A DNA stretch of 63,563 nt, the filler included, from Octopus bimaculoides (Eukaryota): NCBI RefSeq assembly GCF_001194135.2. It is 4 parts of 4 records of this genome, joined end to end, with 100 filler letters (N's around TTAATTAATTAA, not from the genome) between each part and the next. Parts side by side here need not be neighbours in the genome. Positions count along the whole stretch, not along the records: positions 39,920 to 61,823 come from NC_068982.1; positions 61,924 to 63,563 come from NW_026296602.1; 2 more parts are not named here. One strand, 5' to 3'. The notes beneath the pieces are model-generated. The model was not told the DNA's origin and made no database searches. It was given only the letters and a program-made list of their open reading frames with translations. Below are positions 61,719-63,563 of the stretch, in pieces. The translations under genes were made by a program, and so were the position numbers. Positions within the stretch are counted from its first letter, which is position 1. The number at the start of each line of letters is the position of its first letter.

Positions 61719-61923
61719 GTTCAGTAGTTTTATTTTTATAACGTGCTTTCACTTCACTACCGAGCGCAGCTCTGTGCGCCTTGGGTATGTGCTGTGGTTT
61801 GCTGTGGTGCTCTTATGTTTACTNNNNNNNNNNNNNNNNNNNNNNNNNNNNNNNNNNNNNNNNNNNNTTAATTAATTAANNNNNNNNNNNNNNNNNNNNN
61901 NNNNNNNNNNNNNNNNNNNNNNN

Positions 61924-62219
61924 TGCGTGCGTGAGGGGTTCCACAATCGCAATTTATTTCAATTACTCCTGTGAGGATATTCATGTAAATCATTTTTTTC
62001 ATTTAATCCACATTTTAATTTTCGTAAAAGTTTCCAAATACCAAGGAGGCTTTTTGGCGCATCTTCAATTTTCCAATTCATGAGAGGTGCCCAGTCATCA
62101 TTCATCTCAGAGTCCATCTACAGAATGTCCTCAGATTTCTATACCGCATATTTTGCTTTTTTCCTTCCAGTATATAAGCAACAATTTCATCCCCGGGCAA
62201 CGCCGGGTTGCTCTGCTAG
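61924..62219 (+). mobile_element. Helitron-like non-autonomous element, 3' end
   Basis: GC-rich hairpin ccccgggcaacgccggg (62191-62207) about 8 nt before CTAG (62216-62219), followed by T. The 5' end is lost in the gap. Confidence 0.55.
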
Positions 62220-62259
<40 letters not shown>

Positions 62260-62324
62260 CGTGTTCGTGTTCGTGTTTGTATGAATTTCTCGCTCTCTCT
62301 CTATATATATGTATGTATATATGT

Positions 62325-62363
<39 letters not shown>

Positions 62364-63524
62364 CCAGACTGAAACTTCGAAGTCGCTGTAATTCTTCGGT
62401 TTACTAGATACTATACAAAATACCTTCTTGATTTCTTGAAATGCGTTGCTCTTGGAGTAGGAGAGAGTGAGAGAGAGACACACATAGACAGAAAGACAGA
62501 GAGAGAGAGAGAAACAGACAAAATCAGACAGAAACACAGAGAGAGATAAAGAGAGAGAGAGAAAGACTAAGAGCGTGTATGGAGAAGGGGGAGAGAATGT
62601 CCGTAAACAATAAACTGGCTTGAATTTCGACTAATTGCGGTTTATAAGGAGGTAACCTTACGCGAGAAACAATTCTCTGGAATCAAAATTCCAATAAAGA
62701 CGAAACAGGATGTTTAATCAGTTTCTTTCTGGAAACAGGAACAGTTGAAAACACTTCTTTCTACAATGTTGGGCATCATCACTACACCGCTGTTTAAATT
62801 TGGTTAGTGCCAGACATGTACTACAGCCGTATACGAAGTAATCTGAGTCGCGGACATTTATCGCTTACATTGACTGATGCAAAAAAAAAAAAATAAATAA
62901 AAATTCCACAATGGCCACTGGCACGAATTTGAGCATCAAGGACAAAGAAATGTCTGCTGGATACCATTTAAGATAAATATATCGTAAAAGAACATACAAC
63001 AACAATAATAACAATACCTACATACACCTATATAAAAGTGTAAGCGACGGCAATTATCAAGAATCTTTCAAAAATTGATAATGGCATTAAACTTTCAGTT
63101 CCAGACTAGCAATGCAATTAATTATTTGATAATGCACAATATTACTAAATACTTTACATGTTTTAATTAATTTTAGAGTTTAATTTGATATGTTTTAGGA
63201 AAAGGACACGCGATTTAACTTTTAACATTTTCCTCAGATTTGGAGTTGTTGCCAACATTCAGCTACTAAAAATATGTCTGCTCCTCGGTGAATGAACTAG
63301 ATGTGTTTGAGTATATGTCTGTGTTTCATATGCTTTGCTGTCCTCCAAAGACCGGTGGCATGAAACTCAAAGAAACTGTGAATATTTTCTTAAATCAGTA
63401 AATTTCAGTCTTTCTTTGACATTAAATAGTCTGTTCTCTATCATTTGTTTCTATTTTTATACATATCTATGTATTAAATACATATTTAAGTTTCTGTGAA
63501 TACAAATATACACATACAAATACA

Positions 63525-63563
<39 letters not shown>

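Overview
AT-rich, repeat-saturated eukaryotic (metazoan) genomic DNA with many N-gaps. The SINE families, microsatellite density and assembly style point to an octopod cephalopod such as Octopus; this is inference and was not confirmed by a search. No host protein-coding gene could be established: almost all long ORFs in the track are artefacts of N-runs or microsatellites, and only a few low-confidence candidate exons were seen. The window reads as intronic or intergenic DNA built from nested mobile elements. DNA transposon remnants: three hAT, one TIR-complete Tigger/pogo, an internally deleted mariner, a Tc1/mariner MITE and a Helitron-like 3' end. Non-LTR remnants: R4/Dong-like, HERO-like and generic LINE RT fragments. 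At least five Penelope-like element (PLE) ORF remnants and about 20 tRNA-derived SINE copies or fragments are also present. The most notable signal is about ten hammerhead-ribozyme (HHR) motifs from several PLE-type families, including one with an intact catalytic core (741-784) and a two-copy family with an unusually long loop II. Other items of interest are three long hairpins/foldbacks, SINE head/tail shuffling and a GC-rich hAT that is a candidate for horizontal transfer. Three 100-bp artificial spacers (44N-TTAATTAATTAA-44N) split the window into four segments whose true adjacency is uncertain.
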